Notes: generated by a model from the sequence alone, not told the origin. Shown: positions 10,202-23,500, counted from the first letter of the whole stretch. The stretch: 63,185 bases of DNA, filler included, from Lenisia limosa (GCA_001655205.1; 16 parts of 16 records of this genome joined end to end with filler, not necessarily neighbours in it); one strand, 5' to 3'. Numbers and translations: made by a program.

Positions 10202-10379
10202 ATATTGGTGTGATAGCCATATAGTATCGCAGGGCATACCACTTCGTTCTTTCCTTTTGTCCCAAAAAGACCGAATCTCTCAAATCCTCGAGAAATATCG
10301 ATATTTAAACGGTTTTTTTGGGACCGTAGGGAACCCCTGGTGTATACTCTTCGGTTTTTTTATCGTTTTACCATTCCAG

Positions 10380-11121
10380 TGCGGAAGGCAGAGCTCTGAA
10401 GGCTCTTGAGGATGAGGCTGAGGACCTGAGCATGGGTATGGGGGGGGGGGGGGNNNNNNNNNNNNNNNNNNNNNNNNNNNNNNNNNNNNNNNNNNNNNNN
10501 NNNNNNNNNNNNNNNNNNNNNNNNNNNNNNNNNNNNNNNNNNNNNNNNNNNNNNNNNNNNNNNNNNNNNNNNNNNNNNNNNNNNNNNNNNNNNNNNNNNN
10601 NNNNNNNNNNNNNNNNNNAGGGCAACTTTTGGTGATCTTTATGATCGTATCCTAGTTTCAATATAGACTTTACTCTCTATGATACTATCCTATCCTAGTT
10701 TCAATAGGCTGTACTGCAAACAAAAGGTGTAGTGAGGATGGAGGCCCCCTCTTCGCCTCAATTCTTCCACCATAATAGTATATCACCTATGACAAGGGCT
10801 TCACTTCGGTTCGAAAAAACCCTGTAAATATCGATAGCTTTCGAGGATTTATCGAAATACTCTGTCTATATATTCCAACCGATTTATTACCATCCAGGAA
10901 AAGAGGCAGTGCGACAGGCGGCCACAGCTCCTGTAACTGGCGGCGTAGATTCTTTGTCCTCCGTAACGACAAGCTCCTGTACTACCAGAAGAAGCCCACG
11001 GCAGATAATGAAAGTAGCCTGTTTAGAGGGTCGATCAATTTGAGAAAGTGCAAGCTCGGAGAGGTTAGTTTTTTTGCACAAGAGAAGTAATGGCCTGGAC
11101 TTTTTTTTTTGTTGTTTTTTT

Positions 11122-11168
<47 letters not shown>

Positions 11169-11553
11169 CAACCGTCATCTGTTGCTAGCCAAAAAAGCTG
11201 ATTTTGAGCTTTTTACATCAATTTTCCAACTTCATCGAAACTTCTCATTTTACTACCCCCCCCCCCCNNNNNNNNNNNNNNNNNNNNNNNNNNNNNNNNN
11301 NNNNNNNNNNNNNNNNNNNNNNNNNNNNNNNNNNNNNNNNNNNNNNNNNNNNNNNNNNNNNNNNNNNNNNNNNNNNNNNNNNNNGTTTTTTCTCTCGTTA
11401 TTATCCCCCTCCCCCTCGTGTGTTGCCTGACAGATTTGATTTTAGCCTTCTTTTTTCACCGCCCAGACAAGCACTATCTTCTGTCGGCCGAAACGCCCAG
11501 TGACCTTGAGGCCTGGATAAAGGCGTCCGGCCTGCCCAGGGCTGAAATGGAAG
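10380..11553 (+). CDS. PH-domain protein (internal fragment)
   Basis: Exon 10898-11013 reads KRGSATGGHSSCNWRRRFFVLRNDKLLYYQKKP and exon 11467-11553 reads KHYLLSAETPSDLEAWIKA. These match PH strands 1-3 and the terminal helix with its conserved Trp. Confidence 0.75.
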
Positions 11554-11572
11554 GTGAGGGAGCGGGAATATA

Positions 11573-11649
11573 CAGTAACCGGGATAAGTCTTGACCGATT
11601 TGCTCTACAATTTCCAGACAAAATAGGTCGAGACTTATCCCGTTCACTG
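11573..11649. mobile_element. Tc1/mariner-like MITE (family B)
   Basis: TIR CAGT(A/G)ACCGGGATAAGTCTTGACCGATTT; left flank is TA; sits in an intron. Confidence 0.65.
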
Positions 11650-11863
11650 CACGCACACACACACACACACACACATACGCATATTAGTATATACATATGC
11701 ATATCATATATAATATCTCATTTTTATTTAATCCATGTTGNNNNNNNNNNNNNNNNNNNNNNNNNNNNNNNNNNNNNNNNNNNNTTAATTAATTAANNNN
11801 NNNNNNNNNNNNNNNNNNNNNNNNNNNNNNNNNNNNNNNNCTCTCCTCCCCCAATTCATCCAG

Positions 11864-12369
11864 CCTTTCTGCTCCAAATTGAGGGAACTCTCTGAGGACG
11901 CCAAGGACACCGCTTTCAGGCATGGGGGGTAGAGATTTTGCTTTCAAGTAAGAGCCATACTTTACCCATTCCCCCATTCCCCCTGACCATTCAGGGGCCT
12001 GTGCACGCTCATCCAAATCAACCCAATGGGCGCAATGCAGCACTTCAACCACATCTGTGACGCCATCGTGAACTTCCACAACCCGGCTGCGGACCTCAAA
12101 AACGCCTTCATGCAGATTCTCCACGGATATAAGGTACCAGGCTGCCCTCGTTTATTTCTCAAATTTAGCCAACAGAATTAATTGGCTGAATTAATCATCT
12201 CTTATAAGCGTGATGATGTGGACGATTCGGCCAGATACAGCCTTGTTTCATTTATCTACGCATTCCCTTACCCCGGCAGACCAGTATGGGGGCCCAGTGG
12301 CCGGCTTACGCCCAGTCCCAGATCTCTCCAGGTGTGATGCAGCTCCTTCAGCAGCTCTACCAGCTCTAA
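11864..12369 (+). CDS. TNPO1: Transportin-1 / importin beta-2, C-terminal exons
   Basis: The spliced product FCSKLRELSEDAKDTAFRGLCTLIQINPMGAMQHFNHICDAIVNFHNPAADLKNAFMQILHGYKDQYGAQW...LYQL* matches the transportin C-terminus (EKDSAFRGIC...NP...FCDA...ILHGFK). Confidence 0.8.
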
Positions 12370-12573
12370 TTCTGTTTCATAGGTGTCTTGTTTCATGGTG
12401 TTGTTTTGTTTGTTTCTTTGGTGTGTGTGGTGGTCAATGTTTGTTATAATGGATTCATAGTGTATGTGTTTTGAGTGAAGGGTGCCTGTGGTAGTTGATC
12501 TGTGGTATATAAACTAGTCCCGCTAGTCACAGAAAGACAACAACATAGGGCTCAACTAAGCAAAAAAGCTTCA

Positions 12574-12702
12574 AGTCATTACGAGTTCAAAATCAAGTGC
12601 ACCTCATATTGCTCTTAAAGTCATCTACGAATTCAAAAACATGTGCACCTCATATTGCTTTTTAAGTCATATACGATTTCAAAAACAAGCGCACCTCATA
12701 TT
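12574..12702. repeat. ~45-bp minisatellite, 3 copies
   Basis: AAGTCAT...GCACCTCATATT recurs at about 12574, 12618 and 12664. Confidence 0.75.
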
Positions 12703-13373
12703 TAGACAAGCCAAAAATGACAACAACTTCACATACACGTGCTCCTGTTAATATGAGGTGTGGATTATATCTACTTATCTAGAGCGAAATAAATACACTG
12801 ATAAATCATAAATATTTTATGAAAACATAACACTATATAGCTATGCATATTTTTGATTATACTATCAGAGTAAGTATTACAGTTAAAATTCATACTTTTA
12901 CATTTAGTTTTGGTGAATGCTAAAATGGGTATCCTTGAGGATTCCAAAAAGAAGGGTAGCATAGCAAATAAGCTGACGATCCCTGACTCTCTTAGTAAAA
13001 AGCGAAAAGAGTGTAAGTTAGAAGCGTCAACACTATGTCAATGAAAATTAAAAGGATTGACTCTACTTAAAAATAACTTCTTGTACCCAGATAAAAATAC
13101 TGATAATTACCTTTCTTTTCTTTTTATTAAAGAAGGGTTTTGATTGCTCTATTTCAAAAGCTTGTATGAAAATAAAGGTTGATTCTTATTTATAGTATTT
13201 TTTTTGCTATCACTTAGAAAATAATTGCCTTTGACTAACTCAAATTGTAAACCTTAAATTCCGTGAATTGTCTCGCTTCCGATCGGAAGCAGTTCAGTTC
13301 ATTTCCTTTTCTTTCAATAAATTTTTTTAAAAAAAACTTGTTTTCCTTGATTTATTAAGTGATACCTGTAAAG

Positions 13374-14183
13374 ATGAAGTTCTTCCTTGCCCTTTTGGTC
13401 GCCCTTTTTTTCAGCGCCGTCATGGCCGAAGTTGATGAGACTGCCGTTGTTGAGCTCTCTACTGACAACTTTGATGTGAGAAATAATCAGAATGATCCAT
13501 TTGTTTGACCTTTGAAGGATTCCTGTTTTTATTTTTTTGGGTGACGTTTTTTTAGGAGATCATCGGTGGTGAACTCCCCGTTATGGTCAAGTTCTTCGCT
13601 CCCTGGTGGTATGTAGGACTTTTTTTTTCTGATATCATATTTTCTATTTTGTCGATATCTTTCTCATCTTCTTAGCGGTCACTGCAAGCGCGCTGCCGCC
13701 CCTTACGCCGAGGCTGCTGCCAAGGTTGAAAGCCAGGCTATCCTTGCCAACGTTGACTGGTATGATTCGATTTGAATCTTCTTTCTTCCCCCTCTTCTCC
13801 TTCTCTCTTCTCTCAAATACTGAATCACACCTGACAGCAAACGGTTGGGACAGGATTAACTTTCTAATTCTCTCTGTTTCCCTGTTACCTTTTCTGTCAA
13901 AATGTCTGATTGTTTTTCAGCACTGGTGATGCCCGTCCTCTCTGCACCCGCATGGGTATCCGTGGCTACCCTACCATCAAGGTTTTCCACAACAACATGG
14001 CTTACGACTTCCGCGGAAAGCGCACTGCTGAAGACTTCGAGGTATGTTCCAGCCCCTCTCATCACTCCCTTCTCTCATGAAGCAACTCTGAAGCTTTGTG
14101 TGTGACTTTGGTTCTCGTTGTAATGCACTTAGGCTTTCGTCACCGAGGGTTACAAGACCGCTGAAGGCAAGGACTTCGAGTAG
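13374..14183 (+). CDS. Secreted single-thioredoxin-domain protein disulfide isomerase (complete, 5 exons)
   Basis: Signal peptide MKFFLALLVALFFSAVMA; VKFFAPWC|GHCK active site split by an intron; GIRGYPTIK; ends ...EGKDFE* at TAG 14181-14183. Confidence 0.9.
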
Positions 14184-14734
14184 ACCTTTTTTTCTAATTT
14201 AATAGATTCTTGATTAAGTTATAATAATGGTGTTTGTATTTTGATTTTGTTTGAGTGTCAATTTGAATAGAGTAGCTGGGAAGTGAATTACATAATATGC
14301 GCGGTTGTTGTTGATGAGAAGTGAGAAGGGAATATGAGCTGAACTGAGAGATCAGTAGATTCCGAACTCTCCATAAACTGGNNNNNNNNNNNNNNNNNNN
14401 NNNNNNNNNNNNNNNNNNNNNNNNNNNNNNNNNNNNNNNNNNNNNNNNNNNNNNNNNNNNNNNNNNNNNNNNNNNNNNNNNNNNNNNNNNNNNNNNNNNN
14501 NNNNNNNNNNNNNNNNGTTCTTTGTCACGGTGTACCTCCTGCTTAAACAAACACAATCCATTGTCTATCTAGTCACATACTTTCGCCCTTTCCCCGACAA
14601 AGATCACCCCCTCCCCCTCCATTTGTTTTCCAATCTATCACCCTCAACAGTCCAAGCAAACAGAGATATCACAAGGACTAGCTTGGTAGCTGGATAAAGA
14701 GCCCCATGTAGGCCTTGTGCTATGTTGCATTGGA

Positions 14735-16742
14735 ATGCAAGACCCCGACTCCTCCTCTCTCACCGCGGCTGATTGTGACATCTCGTCATGCTCCTCAGGA
14801 AGTGCTGGTGGGGGGGGGGGGGGNNNNNNNNNNNNNNNNNNNNNNNNNNNNNNNNNNNNNNNNNNNNNNNNNNNNNNNNNNNNNNNNNNNNNNNNNNNNN
14901 NNACCCGACAAGAGGAGTATTATTATTTTTTGGATATTTCTGCCATTGAGGAATATGGGTGTTTTTCCAGACGGAAAAGGGGGGAATGAGCTAGGTGGTG
15001 CTGAATACACAATGCTCCTCCTGGGTTAGTGGGGGATTATCCACAAAGTTGAAAAACTACTCTTTATAGCTTTGTTGAGTGGGGAGTGGGGTTCTTTGTT
15101 TCTCGCCAAATTTCCGATTTATCGGGTGTCTTTGGACCTTGTAAATTGCGGGATTTTGGGAGGTACTTATAATTTTCTATTTTTTGTGAGCTTATTTATG
15201 ATGAACCCATGATATTCTTGTAATATAAAGTAAATTCCTATCTCAAGTCATCTCCACTATCATATGAATTGCCCAATATTTCTCTCCTCTTTCCTAGACC
15301 TCCCATCCTCACCCGCACAATGAATGAAGACCAGCCCGCTCACGAGTTGACAAGCCATGGTTTATGTTGTTGTATTGATTTGATTGATTTTCTCACCCAC
15401 ATGAGCAGACATGCCCCAAGCCAGCCCCATGTCCAAAGATGATCTGAGGCCCGGCCCCCCACGTTACATTTCTCCGGTGGGGGAATTCAGCCCCCCCCCC
15501 CCAAACAAAAAAGACNNNNNNNNNNNNNNNNNNNNNNNNNNNNNNNNNNNNNNNNNNNNNNNNNNNNNNNNNNNNNNNNNNNNNNNNNNNNNNNNNNNNN
15601 NNNNNNNNNNNNNNNNNNNNNNNNNNNNNNNNNNNNNNNNNNNNNNNNNNNNNNNNNNNNNNNNNNNNNNNNTTTGTTTGTTTTGTTGTTTTCAACCCTT
15701 ATGTATTGTCAGCCAACTGAGTTGATTTTGCTATTTTTTTGTTTCATACCTTTACCCCCCTTTAGTCCAACAATGACCGAGCCTCCATGCAGCCGTCCAC
15801 CCTGACCCGGGCTATTGTGGACGTGTGTACACACTTCGCCCCTCAATGCCGTTGGGGGGGGGGGGCTATGAGTGCGAGAGAACATATATGACCTGGTTTT
15901 ACTTTTCATTTCTCCATCCTATGTTTTGTGCTTTTTAAAGCCCAAGAATCACAAGATACAATAACAATTATTTGACACTGTGTGAATGTATTGTATTAAT
16001 GCAATCTAAGGATACAAAAATAGTACATAGCAGTATCATCAACAAATCACCTACTTCTCTGCTGCTCATAGATAAACATACCCATTTTACTCTTGCCAAT
16101 GGGCAAAAAGATAGGGAAGCCCCGCGATAAATAATATATCTAACATTTTAGTGACCCTCACCCACATGACACAAGAAGAATTCCTTGCACTCCATGCTTC
16201 CCTTGCCCCCCACTTTGCCCAAACCACCCCCCATGTTGTGCATCTGTGGTGGAAGGATGCGCAGAGCAGTCTCGTCCATGCTGTTGTTGATGACCAAGCT
16301 TTGGCCCCTTTAGTGGTTTCTTTCATAGTCAATTTTCTGGCGTTCCTAGAACAAAGCGCAGGTGAGGTAATATTAAGACTTCTCCGAGAAGTCTTGATCT
16401 TTTTTGGAGTGGAATATGACCTAGCTTGCTTCTCAACTTCTCTTGTCCACCCTCAACAGTCTTTTTCACTCCTTAGCTGCCCTTGTCCCCTCCCCTAAGA
16501 AGCTCTCTAAACGAACCAGTTCATCTGTCCCGTCATTATCCAGAATACGAAGTAAGTGCATGAACTGCAACATTTTTGGGTTTGTGACTCCAGTTTATTT
16601 TGCATTTTAAGAACAGAAAACAATAAAAAAGCAGGTCGTGCCCTTGGTCAATGCATTTATTTCTCATCTCTCACCCATTCAGACAGTTGCCCTCCAATGG
16701 AAATCGTAACAGAGGAAATGTCAGACAATGGAAGCGGTGGGG
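14735..16742 (+). CDS. Hypothetical multi-exon protein (fragment)
   Basis: A series of GT-AG-bounded open exons, e.g. about 15766-15853 SNNDRASMQPSTLTRAIVDVCTHF and about 16151-16340 TLTHMTQEEFLALHASLAPHF; no family recognised. Confidence 0.45.
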
Positions 16743-17149
16743 GGTAACTTGGACTTTTTACTCATAGCTTTCTTTGTTGGGATGTGGTGCTATCAAATTG
16801 TTTTATATTCCTTTTACCGAACCTTACGTGTTTTGTATTTTTATGCATTTTTATTTTCAAGTCCCCTATTCGTCCAAATAATAAATATGATATGATGACA
16901 TGTTGTGTTTTGACACTCTGAACAACCTTCCGTTGTTATTCACATTTTCCGCATACTTTGCCAACAGAGCTGGTTTTGGTGTGTTCCATAAATTGCCAAT
17001 TACCCCTACCCCTGATTATTTCGCTTCCCCCCCCCCCCCCTTTNNNNNNNNNNNNNNNNNNNNNNNNNNNNNNNNNNNNNNNNNNNNTTAATTAATTAAN
17101 NNNNNNNNNNNNNNNNNNNNNNNNNNNNNNNNNNNNNNNNNNNTTGTAC

Positions 17150-18390
17150 TCGAAAGCGGGGGGCTTGACAGCGGTGATGTGTCCAATGGCGGAGACTTGC
17201 ATCGTTTGGCATTCTGGGGGTCGAGGGATGGGGGAAGGGCACTTGATCCTTACCATCTTCCAAACACCTGTTTACCAGCCTTTTTTAAGAGCAAGATAAA
17301 AGAAAGTCGGTGAAGCCTACAATTATGACTGGAACCAATTTAGAACAGGTCTCCCTCCAATTTACAAATTTAGAACTGATCCCTTCGGCTCCCTGCGCAA
17401 AACCGCACCTCCCGCCACCGCAGAGGATATTGAGGCCTTGTCATCGAGCTTTGGTGGCTCGGATTCCAGGAGGGGGTCTACAGCTTCCATTTCCCCCAGG
17501 TATGGTTTTTTTTGTTGTTGTTGTTGTTTTTTATTATTATTTATAAACCTTCCTGTCATTCCATCCCTTCTCACCCCCCCCCCTCCCCAGAAGCACATCA
17601 GGCAGTCAAACCTCTCTCATGCGGTCGCACTCCCACGGCTTCGACAACCCCTACAGCGTATCGCACACAAGATCGACATCCGAAAGCCTGGTATGCCCGG
17701 CTCTTATTGTCATGAGTGTAATGTGTTCCTATTGTGATGTTCTTGTGTTGTGTGTTTCATGTGTTTGATTATGTCTTTCATGTGTTTGATTATGGCTTTT
17801 ATGTGTTTGTCTATGCCTTTTATGTGTTTGACTATGGCTTTCAAGTGTTTGATTATGGCTTTTATGTTTTTTGACTGTGTCTGTCATGTGTTTGATTATG
17901 TGTTTGTTATTATTGCTTAATGTTGGTGGTGTGATGTGTGATTGATGTGTGTGATCTGCTTGATTATGTATGTAATGTGTCTTGTTGAAGACGCTATTAA
18001 ATACGACAACATTTTGAAGCACCTCGACCGATTCAATCAGCCTCTAGTTTTACCCCCCCCCCCCCNNNNNNNNNNNNNNNNNNNNNNNNNNNNNNNNNNN
18101 NNNNNNNNNNNNNNNNNNNNNNNNNNNNNNNNNNNNNNNNNNNNNNNNNNNNNNNNNNNNNNNNNNNNNNNNNNNNNNNNNNNNNNNNNNNNNNNNNNNN
18201 NNNNNNNNNNNNNTTGCCGGGTTCCGATTCCGACCCGGACCTGAGCATCATTGATATCCGTATTCTTCCCGAAGATCGGCCGAAGTTGATTGCCACAGAT
18301 TTGGAACTGCCAAATGAGCCGCCGGAATCGGTTTTGGTCAAGAATGGCGTTCACAACCACTCGCCTAAGAGCGAAGACCGACTTGTGGTA
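17150..18390 (+). CDS. Hypothetical Ser-rich multi-exon protein (fragment)
   Basis: Exons encode TDPFGSLRKTAPPATAEDIEAL, STSGSQTSLMRSHSHGFDNPYS and LPGSDSDPDLSIIDIRILPEDRPKLI, with canonical splice sites. Confidence 0.45.
17745..17960. repeat. Degenerate ~21-bp intronic minisatellite (TGTGTTTGATTATG...)
   Basis: About 8-10 imperfect tandem units are visible. Confidence 0.7.
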
Positions 18391-18560
18391 TGTGGGTTTC
18401 GAACCGAAGTGTAACCCTATATCTGGGGGTACTTTTTTTTTTGGTNNNNNNNNNNNNNNNNNNNNNNNNNNNNNNNNNNNNNNNNNNNNTTAATTAATTA
18501 ANNNNNNNNNNNNNNNNNNNNNNNNNNNNNNNNNNNNNNNNNNNNCCCCCCCCCCCCCAG

Positions 18561-19555
18561 ATTATTAATGTTGACATTCTGCGTAATTTGCCGCGAGAGT
18601 TGGCCATCAAGGTGGAGGGCGGGGGCATACTCTGGTTTAGGGCTTCCCTGTGGTCCATAAAGAGACGGAATTTTTCGATAAATTCTCGATAAATATCGAT
18701 AGTTTACTGGTCTTTTTCGGACCGCAGGGAAGCCCTAGTTAGTGGGCTATCAAAGTGGGTAAGTCAACTAAACCCGAGTTGGCAAAATGCTAACCCCGCA
18801 GATTATATCGCAGCTCCCAGTCAAGCAGATTATTCGCCTCTCAATGGTGGGTTGTACAAACCATGTCTATTGATATCTACTCCATATTTTTATTTTGTGA
18901 TAGATCCTCAATAAATACAAATCATCATAATACCTGAGTGAAGCCCTGCATATGGTGTGCATATTGGATATGATGTATTAAATATGCTATGTTATTGACG
19001 TTTTCTGTGGGTGCTTTCTGTGTATAGTCAACCGCTGGATCTGTAATCCTAATTTCAAGAGAGACTTTACTGCAAAAAATAAAATAGTATTATATATTGG
19101 ATATGATACATAGTGTTGACATTTTCAGACTTCGAAGTTCTACCATGACCTCTGCTCAACCTCCGAAATTTGGAACAACGTGGCAGTGAAGTGGGGGGGG
19201 GGGGGGNNNNNNNNNNNNNNNNNNNNNNNNNNNNNNNNNNNNNNNNNNNNNNNNNNNNNNNNNNNNNNNNNNGGCTATGAATACCAAAGAAGAATATTTT
19301 GAAGGAGAGTATTTACGTAAAGGTACTAATCACGATCCGAATAACCTAAATCTCCAAATAATAATATAAAAAACAACAAGTAGCAACAGACATAACTTGT
19401 GAGTGTTTCACTTCGGTCAGAAAAAAGACTGAATTTCTTGATAAATCTTCAATAAATATTGATATTTTGCCGACCTTTTCTTTATTCGCTTTCAGACTAG
19501 CTACTCCGCATTTTGGTCTGAGAGACCCTGAAGAGGACCCCTTCCAAGCTGTAAA
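18561..19555 (+). CDS. F-box protein (fragment)
   Basis: Exons 18561-18611, 18802-18846 and 19129-19179 splice to IINVDILRNLPRELAIK|IISQLPVKQIIRLSM|TSKFYHDLCSTSEIWNN, a typical F-box motif. Confidence 0.75.
18638..18737. mobile_element. ~100-bp hAT-like MITE (family A)
   Basis: TAGGGCTTCCCT...AGGGAAGCCCTA termini; inside an F-box gene intron; no clear TSD. Confidence 0.75.
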
Positions 19556-20044
19556 GAGAATGGTGAGGGGGAAGGAGAAGGGGATCAATGTGCTTTGTTT
19601 ATATTCCCTCCCGTTTTACTCTGTTGAGATTATTATCATGACATGGTCCCGTTAGTCATATTCACATGCTTGTTTTATGACCTTTTTCTCATCTCTAGGA
19701 TTAATGATTCGCATTATGTTTTTATTTTACTACATACTATCATATACTACCTCACACTTTTCAGACCTCCAAGATTGTCAGAATAAATATACTTGCTTCA
19801 GGTTTTATTTACTGTTGGGATTATCAAAGGTTCACATACCTTTTTCACCCCCAAGATGATTATTGATTCTCATTGGAAGAAGCNNNNNNNNNNNNNNNNN
19901 NNNNNNNNNNNNNNNNNNNNNNNNNNNTTAATTAATTAANNNNNNNNNNNNNNNNNNNNNNNNNNNNNNNNNNNNNNNNNNNNTAGCAATGATAAATAAA
20001 AAACAAGGTTATATCTGTCCACACCATCAGAGATATTCAATTAT

Positions 20045-23000
20045 TGTACAATATTAATTCACCCAATCATTTGTCTTATAACTCTGTGCACAGCTTTCTG
20101 CGTGCCTACCCAGCATGCGTAATACTACAATATACCTAGAGCTTTACTTCGGTTCGAAAAAAGACTGAATTTCTCGATAAATCTTCGAAAACTATCGATA
20201 TTTTANNNNNNNNNNNNNNNNNNNNNNNNNNNNNNNNNNNNNNNNNNNNNNNNNNNNNNNNNNNNNNNNNNNNNNNNNNNNNNNNNNNNNNNNNNNNNNN
20301 NNAATTTATGAAACAAAAACAATAAAACCCAAATCAACTCTGTTGGCTGACAACAAAGGGTTGAATACAACAAAACAAACAAAGCCCGGGCCAGTCGCGG
20401 TAAAACGAAGAAAATTTCGACGAAAAATATTGCCGTAAACTAAACAATAACCCAATGATCTGAAACTTCAAACAAGCTAAAAACATAAAACAGGAGAAAA
20501 ACGTAAGAAATTTCAATGAAAAATATTGACGTTAAACACTATTGTTGATAAAAAAACTGGCATAACGCTTTTTGATAACAAAGTATTTTTTTAAAAAGAA
20601 ATTTTAGAGTAAAACAACACAAGCATACTCGAGGGGGTCGCCCAGAATGAAATGCTCCGGCCAGATCCGGGCCGTCATCATATGGAGGAAGGAAGCAAAA
20701 TCGGCCAGCACATCACCATCAACCTAGCAAAGATTATTTTGTTGCTGTAATGTTGGGGTTGATTCCGTTATAATTTGGGAATTAAAAGTTAAAATGGTAT
20801 CATTAGTATATCAAAGATATTTGAAATGATGTATGTTTTTAAAATTGAAGAATGCAAGCTGATATATTATTTGCATTGTTATTGGGAAAATATGTATTAA
20901 GTTTCATAACACTATGTAACAGAGAGTAAAATCATGATAGTTAGTTGTATCAAGCGTCACCAACACGTATTAGAGTAGAAACCAATTTTGCCAAACCTTC
21001 ATGAAGACTTTGGCTTGAGAAAATTCCGTCAGAATTGTTTTGTACACTCCAGACGCCTGAGGGAGGGGGGGGGGTAAAATTGGAAAATTTTTGAACAAAA
21101 AGCCAAAATCATGATAANNNNNNNNNNNNNNNNNNNNNNNNNNNNNNNNNNNNNNNNNNNNNNNNNNNNNNNNNNNNNNNATCAAAACAAACTTCTGCAT
21201 CAACGCATCCCATCACTCCAGCGTACGTTAAGGTATCTTTTGAGAGAAACATTAAATAATATCAGGGGTGTACATAAGCTTTGCACCTGTACTACATCGC
21301 CATGGGCTCCATGTCACCCCCACATCCCTTAGATAATTCTTCAAGATACAGTGACCGGGATAAGTCTTGACCGATTTTCCTGGGGAAATCACTTAGCAAA
21401 TCGGTCAAAACTTATCCCGGCCATTGTATAGTATATCACCCGTCCCCGGTGTAAATAATCCTAAAACAACAACTCACCCCCTCTCCTCACCTTATATACA
21501 AGGAAGTCATTCGATTCCGGTGTTTGGACCCGCATTATATCGCCATGAGTCTCCATCTCGAGACTGAGCCGATTCTGCTCATCCCGACACTTATCCGTGC
21601 TGGGGCCTGAAATATAAGTGAGGCTTGACACGCTAGTTACAAAACAAAGAATGAGGTCTCGATAAATCCTCGATAACTATCAATATGATACTGGTCTTGT
21701 TTTTTGGGGGGAGAAGTGAAGCCCCAAATATTAGGCTAATTTAAAATATCAATATATTGAAAAGTGGGAAAGGGCCTCCTACGACGTTCCGAAAAAACCA
21801 GGTAAAATATCGATATATATATAGTATATACATAATTATAATATATCGAGGATTTATCGAGAAATTCATATTTTATTGGAACCAGAGGGAAGCACTTGTA
21901 AGGTATCCAAAAAAGTTCTAAAATAGTTTTTGTATTTTAAAAAAAAACACAGGCCAAAAAGGCCAAGATTGTACACAAACCTTTCATGCATAGGGCTGAT
22001 ACGCCGACAACAAAGATGTAATTGTAGCACTCCCTGGTTTGGTGTTATAAAGTAGAAAAGATAGTGAATTACAATGAGGAGATGAGAAGAGTTATGGATA
22101 TTATTAATAAATACTATGTGGGGGTACATTTATCTTAAAACATGATATTCGTGGTGTGCCCAATATAACAGCACACGTGGGGTGGGGGGTATTTGCATTA
22201 CTATAGTATATAATATTTCAACAAACATGGGGCGTGCAAATATTCCCTTATATGATATGCACACTAAACAGGATAAGTCTGACTGATTTTCCTTGGGAAA
22301 TCACATACTATTACTATATGCATATATAAATATGCATATCGATATATACATGTATATAATAGTATATGATACATAACAAATCGGTCAAGCAAGACTTATT
22401 CAGGTCAGTGAATACTGAGTAAATATGTGGGAAAATGACCCAAAAGGGACACAATGTTTCATTGCTTCCAATATTCCAGCATACGTGGGGTGTGTGACGG
22501 AGAGCACAGTGTCTCTCATCGTCTGACGATTAACTAATTCGTGGGGCTGCGAGGGGATACCTTTGGGATTATTGGGTGATTGGGGTTGTTTTTAGTGCTC
22601 CGTGCAATTAATTGACAAATTATTTTCAAAATTTGAAGTCGGACATATTAAAACGAGAACCCCATTTCATACACTTTAATTTCTTATTTTTTCAACTAAT
22701 TTCTTCAACAAATTATTTGCACGGAGCCCTAGTAATTGTGCTACTTTGACAGTATTCGCCACAGGCATAGCCCTCTCCCCACTCGAAATTGCTTCAATTA
22801 CGCGCCCCCTAACAAACTGTCTATATTCCCCTTTCTCTCTTCTTATTCCTCTGTATACTTCACAATTGCTTCAAAATACGAAACTACTTAACCCCCAGCT
22901 AACCGACGGCAAGAAAACACGCACGCCTCCTTTCCCGTCGGTTAGCATCGCGCCACGGACTCGCGCCAAGCCTCTTCATGTCATCAACAAGACTGGCAGT

Positions 23001-23500
23001 GGAATGGGCGATCTTGCTATCGCGCTGCTTCCGATCGGCAATGTCCCACAAGACCCAAGGGCTCCGAGCCTCTTCCGGAGTAAACCTAAACGAAGGAAAT
23101 TTATGAAACAAAAAAGACCCAAAATCAAATATGTTGGCTTGACATTGGTGGGGTAAAGGGGGTAATGCGGAGTAAAATGAACAAATGGGAATCTTGGAGA
23201 GTGGCATTAAATGGTGCATCCCTATGATTCCATAAAGACCGATTTTCTCTGAATCCTCGATAAAGTTGTAAAAGCATACCTTGAAACTGCCTTGGACATT
23301 TTGTACTTAATGAATGTGGGCGTCACACGAGGTACTGGGTCTTTTCGTAGTGAAATTGCCTTGTCAGTGTAGCGATATTCTAAACGTGTGTTATAAAGCT
23401 ACGTACGTTGTTCCCCTTAAACATAATAGTGCCCCCCACTAACCAGAGTAAGTGGTGTTGAGACGTGAGAAGATATCTTGCGTGGGGCATGAGAGCACTG
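20045..23500 (-). CDS. GT31-family beta-1,3-galactosyltransferase-like protein (fragment)
   Basis: Exons 21606-21491 (LEMETHGDIMRVQTPESNDFLVYK), 21056-20997 (...FSQAKVFMK) and 20723-20629 (VDGDVLADF...) rebuild E..(Y/H)GDI and the KxDxD motif; an upstream exon contains FVVG. Confidence 0.7.
21349..21426. mobile_element. Tc1/mariner-like MITE (family B)
   Basis: CAGTGACCGGGATAAGTCTTGACCGATTT...AAATCGGTCAAAACTTATCCCGGCCATTG, flanked by TA on both sides. Confidence 0.8.
22593..22731. mobile_element. ~140-bp MITE (family D), TIR TAG(G/T)GCTCCGTGCAA
   Basis: Inverted termini TAGTGCTCCGTGCAA / TTGCACGGAGCCCTA; related sequence at about 35110-35200, 46220-46320 and 47372-47488. Confidence 0.55.
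23086..23150 (-). repeat. Family C intronic repeat ending at a 3' splice site
   Basis: The minus strand reads ...GATTTTGGGTCTTTTTTGTTTCATAAATTTCCTTCGTTTAG| directly into the exon FTPEEARSPW. Confidence 0.7.

Noticed and set aside
10796-10820. tRNA/Pol III B-box-like GGTTCGAA in family A repeats
   Set aside because: It is part of the MITE TIR; no cloverleaf or A-box. No tRNA or rRNA genes were found in the window.
9784-13400. Functional clustering of the helicase element with the PH, transportin and PDI genes
   Set aside because: They are separated by artificial spacers, so there is no evidence of physical linkage.
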